Of a DNA stretch of 45,881 nt, positions 24,979 through 34,718 are shown in pieces. The first letter of the stretch is position 1; the number at the start of each line of letters is the position of its first letter. Below the pieces are notes generated by a model. The model saw nothing but the letters and a program-made list of their open reading frames with translations, was not told the DNA's origin and did no database searches. Both the position numbers and the translations under genes were made by a program. The stretch comes from an uncultured Actinomycetes bacterium (GTDB lineage: Bacteria; Actinomycetota; Actinomycetes; S36-B12). The stretch spans positions 1 to 45,881 of the forward strand of contig CAIXFB010000001.1 in NCBI GenBank assembly GCA_903918595.1, read 5' to 3'.

Positions 24979-26103
24979 TCATGACAAGAGGTACCGAGCC
25001 ATCACGACCCGCTGGATCTGGTTGGTTCCCTCGTAGATTTGGGTGATTTTGGCATCTCGCATCATGCGTTCAACGGGATAGTCAGTGGTGTACCCGTAGC
25101 CGCCCAGTAACTCCACGGCTTTGCCGGTCACCATATTGGCAACATCGGATGCGAAACATTTGGCAGCTGAAGCGCAATAGGTGGCGCGGGGGTCTCCATC
25201 CTCAGCCAAACGAGCTGCCTCATAGGTGAGTTGGCGGGCGGCTTCAAGCTGCATCCCCATGTCAGCCACCATGAATTGAATTCCTTGAAAATCTGAAATT
25301 GGCTTTCCGAATTGATGTCGCTCTTTGATGTAACCGATGGCGTAGTCGAGTGCGCCCTGCCCAACACCGACGGCTTGCGCTGCGATCGTGGGCCTTGTGT
25401 GATCAAGGGTGCGCAATGCTGTGGAGAAACCAGTGCCAACTTCACCGATGACGCGATCTGCTGGGATCTCAACGTTGTCAAAGTACACCTCGCGGGTGGG
25501 AGATCCCTTGATCCCTAGTTTGCTCTCTTTGGCTCCAAAGCTCACACCATGATCATCGGCGTGCACCACGAAAGAAGAAATACCTCGTGCGCCTTTACCT
25601 GGATCGGTCACTGCCATAACTGTGTAGAACTTGGATACGCCTGCATTCGTTATCCAGCGCTTGACCCCATTGAGTAGCCATCCAGCATCACTGGGAATTG
25701 CGTAGGTCTTCATCGCTGCTGCGTCTGAACCTGCATCAGGTTCTGAGAGAGCGTAAGAAAAAAGCGCTTCGCCAGACGCTATTTGTGGGAGGTAGCGAGA
25801 GCAAATGTCAGGTGATCCGGCAAGAAGCATCCCTGCCGTACCCAGTTTGTTGACCGCTGGGATGAGAGATGACGATACGCAGACCCGGGCTACTTCTTCA
25901 ATGACAATGCACACACCCACTGCATCCATGCCCGCGCCACCATAAACCTCAGGAATATGAGGCGCCTGCAGATCAGCGGCAGTCAAAGCGATGCGTGCCT
26001 CTTCAGGGAATCGGGATTCACGATCCACGTCAGCGGCGAATGGGGCTATTTGCTGCTCGGCGATAGTGCGGGAGAGTTGCCGTATTTCCCCGTGGAGATC
26101 CAT
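24979..26103 (-). CDS. Acyl-CoA dehydrogenase
   Basis: 374 aa; [19 protein letters not shown] and [10 protein letters not shown]. Confidence 0.9.
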   Translation of the reverse strand: MDLHGEIRQLSRTIAEQQIAPFAADVDRESRFPEEARIALTAADLQAPHIPEVYGGAGMDAVGVCIVIEEVARVCVSSSLIPAVNKLGTAGMLLAGSPDICSRYLPQIASGEALFSYALSEPDAGSDAAAMKTYAIPSDAGWLLNGVKRWITNAGVSKFYTVMAVTDPGKGARGISSFVVHADDHGVSFGAKESKLGIKGSPTREVYFDNVEIPADRVIGEVGTGFSTALRTLDHTRPTIAAQAVGVGQGALDYAIGYIKERHQFGKPISDFQGIQFMVADMGMQLEAARQLTYEAARLAEDGDPRATYCASAAKCFASDVANMVTGKAVELLGGYGYTTDYPVERMMRDAKITQIYEGTNQIQRVVMARYLLS

Positions 26104-26112
26104 GGAGCAAGC

Positions 26113-27306
26113 CTACGGATTGAGTGAGTCCGCTGGTACGGCAGAAGGACTTGGTGATGATGTGCGGGCAGCCAACTTCTCCAGGGCGGTGAGAGGCTTC
26201 GGGCGAATCTCTGGCGGTCTTTGAGTATCGAGCAGGACGACCCATTGCTGGCCTGGTTTGAAAGGCATAGGAGAACCATCAGCCTGGATGAATGTCGTTC
26301 CTGATTCAACGTCAGGGCGGCTCCATGTGACCGCGTAAGCCAAGCCATCGCGCAGCACGGTTGCGCTTCCAGTGCCGATGGTCTCGGCATGTGGCGTGTT
26401 TCCGCCGCCCTTGTCGTTGTATTCGCTGGGAGTCTGCTTGACGTTCTGAATGATCACAGTGGCAGCCCGTTGGCCCAGGTCACTTTCATCAGCCTGGGCG
26501 CGCTCTCCGTTAAGAAAGACCTTGTAAAGACCAGAAATTGGGTCGTAGACAAATCGAGCTGAGGCGTACGACCATTCCATGATCGCCTTTTGTCCGAGTG
26601 TTTCCGATGGTGGAGCTATATCGGAAAAAACAAAGCCGATCTCTTTCTCTAGTGAGGCCTTAGGAGTTTGCTCGAGCGCTAGAACTCCATCAATGAAGTA
26701 GTTGTAGGGAGCCCTTCTGGCTGGATCTCGAAAGTAGGCCTGCGCCATTTTGTTTGGCGAGATGTCGATTAATGACGAGGCATCGATAACGGGCCACATC
26801 TTGGTTTGGACTCCGGAAAAAGCGAAGGCAGGCGATCCGTATTGCTCCAGGAGGTCGATGTCGGTGATTCGAGCGCTGCGCACTGGACCGATACGTGCGG
26901 GGATTTTCGAAGAAAAGACTGCGGCCAGTCTGGTGATTCCGTATTCCACTTCTTCGATGTACACAACATCAGCGTCCATCAGCCCTGAGTGCGGCTGGGC
27001 ATTACGCGTGTTATCCAGTTTTACGACGAGCACAGGCTTCGGTGACAGATTGGTTTCACCAGTCAGGGGTGAAGTCGGCTGCGGAGCAACGCTCGGTGAG
27101 GGGCTCGAGGTGGGGGTGGGGCTCGGCTCCACCTCGGGGCTCGCTGATGCAGGGCTCGCTGAATCGGTGGGCTGAAGGGGTGCGGTCGATTCGGCGGTTC
27201 CCGTGCAACCGCTGAGAAGGACGGAACAGCCAAGGAGCACAACGGAGGTCCGCCAGGCCGATCGAGGGGTGATCACTCGGCGACCATAGGCCGCTTTGTC
27301 CCCCAT
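26113..27306 (-). CDS. DUF3048 domain lipoprotein
   Basis: ORF trimmed to MGDKAAYGRR. Lipobox LLSGC. VVKLDNTRNAQPHSGL..VYIEEVEYGITRLAAVFSS. Confidence 0.7.
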   Translation of the reverse strand: MGDKAAYGRRVITPRSAWRTSVVLLGCSVLLSGCTGTAESTAPLQPTDSASPASASPEVEPSPTPTSSPSPSVAPQPTSPLTGETNLSPKPVLVVKLDNTRNAQPHSGLMDADVVYIEEVEYGITRLAAVFSSKIPARIGPVRSARITDIDLLEQYGSPAFAFSGVQTKMWPVIDASSLIDISPNKMAQAYFRDPARRAPYNYFIDGVLALEQTPKASLEKEIGFVFSDIAPPSETLGQKAIMEWSYASARFVYDPISGLYKVFLNGERAQADESDLGQRAATVIIQNVKQTPSEYNDKGGGNTPHAETIGTGSATVLRDGLAYAVTWSRPDVESGTTFIQADGSPMPFKPGQQWVVLLDTQRPPEIRPKPLTALEKLAARTSSPSPSAVPADSLNP

Positions 27307-27395
27307 GTAGCGGAAGCCACGGCTTGAAACCAGCTCGCTTCTGCTTCTGGGCAGCCACAAGTGGAGGATTTTTCTCCGAAATCGGGGGAGAAGGG

Positions 27396-27423
27396 TTGAC
27401 TGTGGAGGAAAGTGGAGTATGGT
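27396..27423 (+). promoter_or_regulatory. Putative Pmra promoter: -35 TTGACT (27396-27401), 16-nt spacer, -10 TATGGT (27418-27423)
   Basis: Hexamers read from the sequence. They overlap the MraZ-box array, about 57 nt upstream of the mraZ ATG. Confidence 0.5.
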
Positions 27424-27437
27424 GGTGGCACTTGGAG
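27402..27437 (+). promoter_or_regulatory. MraZ operator-like array: four direct repeats GTGGAG/GTGGAG/GTGGTG/TTGGAG at exact 10-bp spacing
   Basis: Repeat starts at 27402, 27412, 27422 and 27432. An extra GTGGAGGA lies at 27361. Periodicity matches the published E. coli MraZ sites (TGGGN repeats with 5-nt spacers). Confidence 0.65.
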
Positions 27438-27479
27438 TTACCAAGGTGATTCGTGGTTCAGATGGGGAAGGAGGGGCAC

Positions 27480-27911
27480 ATGTTTCTAGGTACGCACGCC
27501 CCTCGTCTCGATGAAAAGGGCCGACTAGTTCTTCCTGCCAAGTTCCGTGAGGGATTGAGCGCAGGAGTGGTGCTGACCAAAGGTCAGGACCGATCGATTG
27601 TGGTGTGGCCGGCGGCAGAGTTTGCGGCCTACGCCGAGCGTCTCAATGAGGCCTCCCGGTCAGATGCTCGCGTTCGGGCCTACCTACGGGTGCTGTTCTC
27701 CGGGGCATTTGACGAGATTCCTGACCGTCAGGGTCGAGTCACGATGCCTTCAGCGCTGCGTGAGTACGCCGGCCTCGACCGCGACGTGATGGTGGTCGGA
27801 AATGGCACCACGGTTGAGATTTGGGATGCAGCAGCTTGGGGCACATACCTCCAAGGTCAAGAAGAGGGCTACTCCGATCTCAGCGAGGAGGTCATTCCCG
27901 GAATCTTGTGA
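27480..27911 (+). CDS. mraZ: Transcriptional regulator MraZ
   Basis: MFLGTHAPRLDEKGRLVLPAKFR and a second SpoVT-AbrB half, DRQGRVTMPSALR. SD GGAAGGAGG. Confidence 0.95.
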   Translation: MFLGTHAPRLDEKGRLVLPAKFREGLSAGVVLTKGQDRSIVVWPAAEFAAYAERLNEASRSDARVRAYLRVLFSGAFDEIPDRQGRVTMPSALREYAGLDRDVMVVGNGTTVEIWDAAAWGTYLQGQEEGYSDLSEEVIPGIL

Positions 27912-28016
27912 GCCGCGCGGTGAGGTCTCCTCCCGCTCCCGCATCCCTGGCCCCACTTCCCCGGTGCCAGGAAACCGCTAAGAAGTTAGCGGGCGGGGAC
28001 CTGGCCTCGCGGCCTT

Positions 28017-28057
28017 AAGAACAGAACTAACAGAACAGAAAAAACAGAACAGCTAAC
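28017..28057 (+). repeat. A-rich ACAGAAC reiteration (3 full plus 2 partial copies) in the mraZ-rsmH spacer
   Basis: AAGAACAGAACTAACAGAACAGAAAAAACAGAACAGCTAAC read directly. Confidence 0.8.
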
Positions 28058-28096
28058 GACCCGACCGCGAATCGTGTCCACCACGAAGGGGAAGAA

Positions 28097-28231
28097 ATGA
28101 GCACAATCACTGAGTTTGCCCACCATCCGATGGTGCGTTCGATTCGTACCGGGGCTGTGGTGATCGCTGCTGGGGTAATGACGGGTTCAGTTTTGTACGG
28201 ACTTTCCATCGTCGTTTCGACCTGGGCATAA
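28097..28231 (+). CDS. Candidate 44-aa single-TM small protein between mraZ and rsmH
   Basis: Own translation: [56 protein letters not shown] lies 5-8 nt upstream. Below the ORF-track length cutoff. Confidence 0.35.
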   Translation: MSTITEFAHHPMVRSIRTGAVVIAAGVMTGSVLYGLSIVVSTWA

Positions 28232-28251
28232 CCGGTCTGACGACGAGGGTG

Positions 28252-29208
28252 ATGATGATGAGTGCAGAGTTGCGGCATGTTCCGGTCCTGAGGGATCGAG
28301 TCATTGCGTTGCTCGCGCCTGCGCTCTCCAACCCAGGATCGGTTCTGGTCGATGCGACAGTCGGGCTTGGTGGTCACGCGGAATTAGCTTTGCAAACCTT
28401 CCCGGCGCTCACCTTGATCGGTTTGGACCGCGATGAGTCAGCGCTTACCCACTCAAGGGAACGACTTGCGCCATTCGGCGAGCGCGTGAACCTTGTTCAC
28501 GCGGTGTACGACGAAATGCCAACGGTGTTGAAGGCACTTGGCTACTCACATGTGCAGGGTGTGCTGTTCGATCTTGGAGTTTCTTCGATGCAACTTGATG
28601 AGGCTGATCGCGGTTTTTCCTACTCGAAAGATGCACCTCTCGATATGCGGATGGATCAAAATCGTGGTGCTACTGCGGCAGATGTGGTGAACACATACTC
28701 GGTAGATGAAATTACTCGTGTCTTGCGGCAATACGGTGAAGAGAAGTTCGCCCGAAGGATTGCGCAACGAATTGTTTCCCAACGTGAAGTTCAGCCCTTT
28801 GCAAACTCGGCCCGACTCGTTGATGTCATCCGTGACGCAATTCCGGCCCCGGCTCGGCGGACTGGTGGAAATCCTGCCAAGCGCAGTTTCCAGGCATTGC
28901 GGATTGAAGTGAATGATGAACTGGGAGCGCTTCGACGGGCTCTTCCCGCCGCCCTTGAATCTCTGAGCATTGGCGGCCGAATCGTCGTCATGTCCTATCA
29001 ATCACTAGAAGATGCGATGGTGAAGCAGGTCTTGCGCGCGGCAACCACCGTCGATCTTCCATACGACCTTCCTTTCATTCCGGAACATGCCGCTGCGCAT
29101 TTCTCCTTACTCACGCGCGGGGCGGAGAAGGCATCGGCAGAGGAAATTGAGATGAATCCGCGAGCAGCTTCCGTTCGGGTTCGTGCAGCAGAGCGGGTGG
29201 CAGCATGA
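28252..29208 (+). CDS. rsmH: 16S rRNA (cytosine1402-N4)-methyltransferase RsmH
   Basis: [14 protein letters not shown] and [11 protein letters not shown]. The start lies among tandem ATGs at 28252-28258. Confidence 0.95.
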   Translation: MMMSAELRHVPVLRDRVIALLAPALSNPGSVLVDATVGLGGHAELALQTFPALTLIGLDRDESALTHSRERLAPFGERVNLVHAVYDEMPTVLKALGYSHVQGVLFDLGVSSMQLDEADRGFSYSKDAPLDMRMDQNRGATAADVVNTYSVDEITRVLRQYGEEKFARRIAQRIVSQREVQPFANSARLVDVIRDAIPAPARRTGGNPAKRSFQALRIEVNDELGALRRALPAALESLSIGGRIVVMSYQSLEDAMVKQVLRAATTVDLPYDLPFIPEHAAAHFSLLTRGAEKASAEEIEMNPRAASVRVRAAERVAA

Positions 29209-29972
29209 GTGCGGCACCCCAGTTCGACCCGACGCCTGAAGCGCCGAAGGATGCTCAGGACTCAATTGAATCGGTTGCTACGGAATATGCGACCAAGGGA
29301 GTTCGACGTAAGGGCCGTCATCACCTCAAAGTTGTGGCGCCATTGCGACCTGAACGCGCTAGCCGCGGCGTTTTTGCTCTCGTGGTCACCGGCGTCTTGG
29401 GTCTCGGATTAGTCGGGATGCTCTTAATCAACACGACCGTTGCACAAGGCGCATACACCCTGAGCGAGCTCAAAGGTCAGCAGCAAGAACTCAATCAGGC
29501 GCTTGCCACGCTGACAGAACAGGTAGAGGCAGCAGGTGCGCCTGCCATCCTTGAAGCCAATGCGCGAGCTCTTGGCATGGTGCCCAGTGAGACACCAGTT
29601 TTCATCGAGGTTCCTGATGGCCGCATTCTCGGTAAGCCGAAAGCTGCGCCTGGCCAAGTGAACGGGATTCCGGTGTTGGCTACTCCTGCGGACGCAACTG
29701 CATCGGAAGCGGTCGACAACATTTCCGTGGGCACCGATCTTCCGATCGCGCCAGGAGAGAACTATGACCCTGCTGCTGCGGATGCAGCAGCAAATGAGGC
29801 TGCACAATCTGCAGCAATGGGAGCTGCGGGCTCGAAGAATGCAAAAGGGGCAGCAGGGAAAAAGGCTAAAGGCGAAGACGCACTCTGGAGTGAAGTCCCT
29901 GCAGCGGCAGTGATTTCACAAGGGCAAAGCATCAGCGTTGATGAGCAGCTTGACGCTGTGCTGGTGGAGTGA
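29205..29972 (+). CDS. ftsL: Cell division protein FtsL-like (bitopic, coiled-coil, Ala-rich tail)
   Basis: Position between rsmH and ftsI. A single TM followed by [29 protein letters not shown] overlap with rsmH. Confidence 0.6.
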   Translation: MSAAPQFDPTPEAPKDAQDSIESVATEYATKGVRRKGRHHLKVVAPLRPERASRGVFALVVTGVLGLGLVGMLLINTTVAQGAYTLSELKGQQQELNQALATLTEQVEAAGAPAILEANARALGMVPSETPVFIEVPDGRILGKPKAAPGQVNGIPVLATPADATASEAVDNISVGTDLPIAPGENYDPAAADAAANEAAQSAAMGAAGSKNAKGAAGKKAKGEDALWSEVPAAAVISQGQSISVDEQLDAVLVE

Positions 29973-29976
29973 ATAC

Positions 29977-31779
29977 ATGTCACGAACGGCAACCAAGTCG
30001 CGGTTAACTCCATCGTCGCACGCGAGTGGAGCAGGCGGTGGGCGGCGATCTTCCACATTGGTTTTAGCTGATCCGGGAAAGCGTGGACTCGCTCTCCTGC
30101 TCGTAACGGGCGTTATCCTCACAATTTTTGCTGGTCGACTCTTCGATATCCAAGGAATCCGTGGTGAGGCGCTGGCTACCGCGGCGTTGGATCAACGGTT
30201 ACGAACCACGGATCTGCCCGCGACGCGTGGTTCGATTCTTGATTCAGCTGGTCAACCACTTGCGGTGACGGTTGAAGCGCGGAACCTGACCGCCGATCAG
30301 ACTCTCATCACCGATACGGCCGCTGTCGCTGCCCAATTGGCCCCATTGCTTGGGGCAGATGCAGATGTGTTGGCCACAAGGTTGACCGGGACCAAGCGTT
30401 TTATGTACATCGCAAAGGGACTCACTCCGCAAACGTGGGATCGAATTGCTGAATTGAGACTGCCCGGCATTATGAGTGAAGCGACGACTCGACGGATCTA
30501 TCCTGCGGGTGAAGTTGGTGCGAATGTCGTTGGGTTTGTCGGCGCTGATGCCGCAGGACTGGGTGGCATCGAATATGCATTTCAGGATCAACTCGCAGGC
30601 ACGAGTGGTTCGCAAACTTCGGAGAGGAATCCGGGGGGTCGGGTGATTCCCACATCTTCTTCCAGCACTGTGGACGCTATCCCAGGCCAAGACGTTCTGT
30701 TGACCATAGATCGAGACATCCAGTATGTAGCTCAGAATTCGATCGCATCTCTTGTTCGAACGACTGGTGCAAAAAGTGGCACCGTCGTTGTTATGGATCC
30801 GCGCACTGGCGATTTGCTGGCACTTGCAACGGCACCGACCTTTGATGCCAATAAGCCCGCATTGAGTGACGATGCCGATCGCGGCAATCGGATTTTCACG
30901 GATGCCTTTGAACCGGGATCAACGAGCAAGCTTATGACCTTGGCAGCAGTTGTGAATGAGAAAGCTGCGACTCCATCCACATGGGTTGAAGTGCCTGGTG
31001 GACTCAAGCGTGGTGACAAAGTCTTCAAAGACCACACACCGCATGGAACCTTGAATTTGACGTTGACGGGCGTAATGGCCAAATCGAGCAATATTGGAAC
31101 GATCTTGGCTGCGGAGCGCATTGGCAAAAGAAAGTTTGCCAATTATCTCAATAAGTTCGGCGTTGGCCAGCCAACAGGTATGGGCATTCCTGGAGAAAAT
31201 CGTGGATACGTGCCACCACTTGAAAATTGGTCTCCGACGACATTTCCGACCCTCGCTTTCGGCCAGGGGCTTAGCGTAAACGCGGTTCAGGCAGCCAGCA
31301 TTTTCGCAACGATCGCAAACGATGGACTCAAGGTGCAGCCTCGCTTGGTCTCGGGTCTGATAGCGGCGGACGGTACGGTCACAGAGCCAGAAGTGGCACC
31401 ACCAACTCGAGTTGTTTCACCTGAAGCGGCCGCACAAGTCCGATTGATGCTAGAAGCCGTTGTGGGTGAAGGTGGGACGGCCCAACAGGCAAGAATCCCC
31501 GGATATCGAGTCGCTGGTAAAACCGGAACTGCACAGGTTGTTGATCCAGTGCGCGGTGGTTATTCCCGAGAGGTGATTGCGTCGTTCATCGGTATGGCTC
31601 CAGCGGATGATCCCCAACTTGTTGTTGCGGTTTTTGTCAATGAGCCGCAATATGGCAGATATGGTGGATCCCTTGCCGGCCCGATTTTCAAAGATGTGAT
31701 GACTCACGCACTCCGTGCGCGTGAAATTCCCCCGACTGGGCAGAAGAGTCCAGTTCTTGCATTGACATACAAGGGTTGA
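29977..31779 (+). CDS. ftsI: Penicillin-binding protein, division transpeptidase FtsI (class B PBP)
   Basis: STSK, SSN and KTGT motifs. ORF trimmed to the ATG at 29977, 5 nt after the ftsL stop. Confidence 0.9.
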   Translation: MSRTATKSRLTPSSHASGAGGGRRSSTLVLADPGKRGLALLLVTGVILTIFAGRLFDIQGIRGEALATAALDQRLRTTDLPATRGSILDSAGQPLAVTVEARNLTADQTLITDTAAVAAQLAPLLGADADVLATRLTGTKRFMYIAKGLTPQTWDRIAELRLPGIMSEATTRRIYPAGEVGANVVGFVGADAAGLGGIEYAFQDQLAGTSGSQTSERNPGGRVIPTSSSSTVDAIPGQDVLLTIDRDIQYVAQNSIASLVRTTGAKSGTVVVMDPRTGDLLALATAPTFDANKPALSDDADRGNRIFTDAFEPGSTSKLMTLAAVVNEKAATPSTWVEVPGGLKRGDKVFKDHTPHGTLNLTLTGVMAKSSNIGTILAAERIGKRKFANYLNKFGVGQPTGMGIPGENRGYVPPLENWSPTTFPTLAFGQGLSVNAVQAASIFATIANDGLKVQPRLVSGLIAADGTVTEPEVAPPTRVVSPEAAAQVRLMLEAVVGEGGTAQQARIPGYRVAGKTGTAQVVDPVRGGYSREVIASFIGMAPADDPQLVVAVFVNEPQYGRYGGSLAGPIFKDVMTHALRAREIPPTGQKSPVLALTYKG

Positions 31780-31785
31780 GCTGAC

Positions 31786-33312
31786 GTGGAGGCCAGGTTA
31801 CGCCGACCCCACGTTGTCCCGGTAGCGCTAAGAGACGTCGTCGCTTCTGTGCTCGGATCACAGTCTGTCGATGGCCACGATGTCGCTGAGTCTGATCAGA
31901 ACTGTTTCATCACGGGCATCACTCAATCATCAAGCGAAGTGGTTCCCGGAGATCTTTTCGTAGGGCTTCCTGGCCAACGGGTGCATGGAGCTTCGTTCGC
32001 GACCTCCGCAGCCGCTCTGGGCGCTGTAGCGGTACTCACAGACGGCGATGGCCGGGCAGAGGCGGAAAAATCAGGTTTGCCAGTGGTGGTCGTGCCCAAT
32101 CCACGCTCCGGGCTGGGGCCTGCGGCTGCACTGATTTACGACAACCCGGGGGAGCGCATTGACCTTGCTGGAGTCACCGGCACAAATGGCAAAACAACCG
32201 TCACGGCCATGCTCGTCGCGGCATTGACGGCAGCTGGTCAACCGACAGGTGCAATTGGAACCCTTGGAGTCACGTTTGGTGGCAGTCACATCTCGGGGGT
32301 ACGCACGACCCCTGAAGCGCCTGATATCCAGGCGATACTTGCGGTGATGTTCGAAGAAGGAATCCGATCCGCCGTGATGGAGGTTTCCAGCATTGCGGTT
32401 TCCGAACACCGGATTGATGGGCTTGTCTTTGATGTCATGGGTTTCACCAATTTGACCCAAGATCACCTGGATTATCACCACAACATGGAGTCGTACTTCG
32501 CTGCCAAGGCGCGTATGTTCGAGCCTGATCGATCGCGATGCACTGTCATCTGCGTCGATGATGAATGGGGTCAGCGTCTAGCCAGCCAAGTTGCGAGGGC
32601 CCCGCTAACAGATGGGCGCAAAATTGTGACCGTCTCAGCGAACGGGTCGTCTGCCGACTGGCAGATAACGCACCAGGGCATGGCCGCGCACATAACCGGA
32701 CCGGATGAGATCGCGATTGAAATGCGATTGCCAATGCCCGGCGCAGTCAACGCGGCCAACACTGCTGTAGCACTTGCGATGGCAGTGGCAATGGGCTTGG
32801 CACCAGGGCCAGCTGCTGAGGCTATTGGTCAAGTTCGGGTCCCAGGGCGTTGTGAAATCATTGATGCTCCTCATTCACCACTCGTGATCGTCGACTATGC
32901 GCATACTCCAGACGCCATTTCACGAATGGTGCAACTTGCCCGCGAAGCCGTAACTGGGCGCGTTGTACTCGTCTTGGGGGCAGGTGGTGATCGTGACCAA
33001 TCGAAGCGCCCCCTCATGGGTGCGGCGGCATCGATGGGTGATCATGTAGTGGTGACCGATGACAATCCGCGCAATGAGGATCCTGCTGCCATCAGGGCAG
33101 CAGTTATCGCGGGCATAACTGGTTCGGTGGTTGTTGAAAACATCGCGGATCGAGCAGTGGCTATCAGACATGCGATTACCAGCTCATCTGAGCGAGATGT
33201 GGTGCTCATCCTTGGCAAAGGACACGAATCCGGTCAGCACATCGGCGACCAGAGCATGCCCTTTGATGATCGAGTTGTCGCGCGAGCTGCACTGACCGAG
33301 GAGCGAATGTGA
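31786..33312 (+). CDS. murE: UDP-N-acetylmuramoyl-L-alanyl-D-glutamate--2,6-diaminopimelate ligase MurE
   Basis: GVTGTNGKTT plus a DNPR motif (VTDDNPRNEDP), which suggests DAP specificity. Confidence 0.9.
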   Translation: MEARLRRPHVVPVALRDVVASVLGSQSVDGHDVAESDQNCFITGITQSSSEVVPGDLFVGLPGQRVHGASFATSAAALGAVAVLTDGDGRAEAEKSGLPVVVVPNPRSGLGPAAALIYDNPGERIDLAGVTGTNGKTTVTAMLVAALTAAGQPTGAIGTLGVTFGGSHISGVRTTPEAPDIQAILAVMFEEGIRSAVMEVSSIAVSEHRIDGLVFDVMGFTNLTQDHLDYHHNMESYFAAKARMFEPDRSRCTVICVDDEWGQRLASQVARAPLTDGRKIVTVSANGSSADWQITHQGMAAHITGPDEIAIEMRLPMPGAVNAANTAVALAMAVAMGLAPGPAAEAIGQVRVPGRCEIIDAPHSPLVIVDYAHTPDAISRMVQLAREAVTGRVVLVLGAGGDRDQSKRPLMGAAASMGDHVVVTDDNPRNEDPAAIRAAVIAGITGSVVVENIADRAVAIRHAITSSSERDVVLILGKGHESGQHIGDQSMPFDDRVVARAALTEERM

Positions 33313-34718
33313 TCGCGATCACCGCAGGGGAACTCGCCGAAATCATCGGAGGAGAACTTCACTGTGATCCCCAGCAGGAGATTTCTGGGGCTGTTGTCGA
33401 TTCGCGCCTGATCACACCCGGTGTGGCTTTCGTCGCGATTGAAGGTGAACGGGTGGATGGGCATGATTTTGCCGAGGCTGCTCTCGCAAGCGGGGCCGCA
33501 GTTGCAATAACAACTCGAGTTTTGCCTATCCCATGCATTGTCGTAGCAGATCCCATTGCGGCTTTGGGATCTTGGGCCCGTTGGTGGCGAAATAGGCTCG
33601 CAGGGTCGGGTCAATGTTCCGTCATCGCCATTACTGGCTCAAGCGGGAAGACGTCGACAAAGGACCTGCTATCTGCGGTGTTGCAAAGTGCAGGTCGAAC
33701 AGTTGCAGCGCAGGGTTCACTCAATACTGAAGTGGGCGTGCCCTTGACCATCCTCTCTGCGCCGATGGGCACCAGATTTCTTGTGTTGGAGATGGGGATG
33801 CGTGGCGTCGGACACATCCGTTATCTCTGCTCGATCGCTTCTCCGGACATTGCAGTAATCACCAATGTGGGATCTGCCCACTTAGGGTTGCTGGGTTCGC
33901 GTAGTGCCATCGCCCAAGCAAAAGCGGAAATCATAGAAGGACTTTCAGACTCGCAGTGCGCGATTGTGCCAGCAGCAGAGCCCTTGATCAGTGCTGAACT
34001 TCATCGAACAAGTGCTCGCGTAGTGACTTTTGGTGAAGGGGCAGAATGCGATGTTCGTGCCGAGAATGTGGGACTAGACGAAGGGGCCAGAGCACACTTC
34101 GAGCTGGTTCACGCAGAATCTCGGGCGAACGTCCAGCTGGCAGTTCATGGTGAGCACTTTGTCTACAACGCCTTGGCAGTTGCCGCGGTCGCTATCAATG
34201 TAGGAATCCCGCTGGCCTCGGTGGCCGAGCAACTTTCTGCGGCTCGCATAGAGAGTAAATGGCGGATGGAAGTGACTACAACGCCTCAGGGTGTCACTCT
34301 CATTAACGACACGTATAACGCCAATCCGGAGTCAATGCGAGCAGCACTGAAGTCTTTGGCATCAATGCGAGGCGAGGGACGCACCTGGGCAGTTCTCGGG
34401 GAGATGCTCGAATTGGGAGCGGACTCTGTTGAAGAGCACGACGCGATCGGACGGCTCGTCGTTCGCCTCGATATTTCGCAATTGATCTGTGTCGGTGCGG
34501 GAACCCGCGTGATGCATCTTGGGGCGAGCAATGAGGGTTCATGGGGTGAGGAGTCTCGCTGGGTCCCTGACGCTGAATCGGCATTGGCCATTTTGCTGAG
34601 AGAGGCTCGCCGCGGCGACGTAGTCCTCGTGAAGGCCTCACGCGGAATAGGTTTGGAATCCGTAGCGGCAGCCTTCAGTGATGGGGAAGCCAGTGGAGAT
34701 GGAGGCGAAACCGAATGA
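33309..34718 (+). CDS. murF: UDP-N-acetylmuramoyl-tripeptide--D-alanyl-D-alanine ligase MurF
   Basis: ITGSSGKTSTKD and NDTYNANPESM. GTGA overlap with murE. Confidence 0.9.
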   Translation: MIAITAGELAEIIGGELHCDPQQEISGAVVDSRLITPGVAFVAIEGERVDGHDFAEAALASGAAVAITTRVLPIPCIVVADPIAALGSWARWWRNRLAGSGQCSVIAITGSSGKTSTKDLLSAVLQSAGRTVAAQGSLNTEVGVPLTILSAPMGTRFLVLEMGMRGVGHIRYLCSIASPDIAVITNVGSAHLGLLGSRSAIAQAKAEIIEGLSDSQCAIVPAAEPLISAELHRTSARVVTFGEGAECDVRAENVGLDEGARAHFELVHAESRANVQLAVHGEHFVYNALAVAAVAINVGIPLASVAEQLSAARIESKWRMEVTTTPQGVTLINDTYNANPESMRAALKSLASMRGEGRTWAVLGEMLELGADSVEEHDAIGRLVVRLDISQLICVGAGTRVMHLGASNEGSWGEESRWVPDAESALAILLREARRGDVVLVKASRGIGLESVAAAFSDGEASGDGGETE

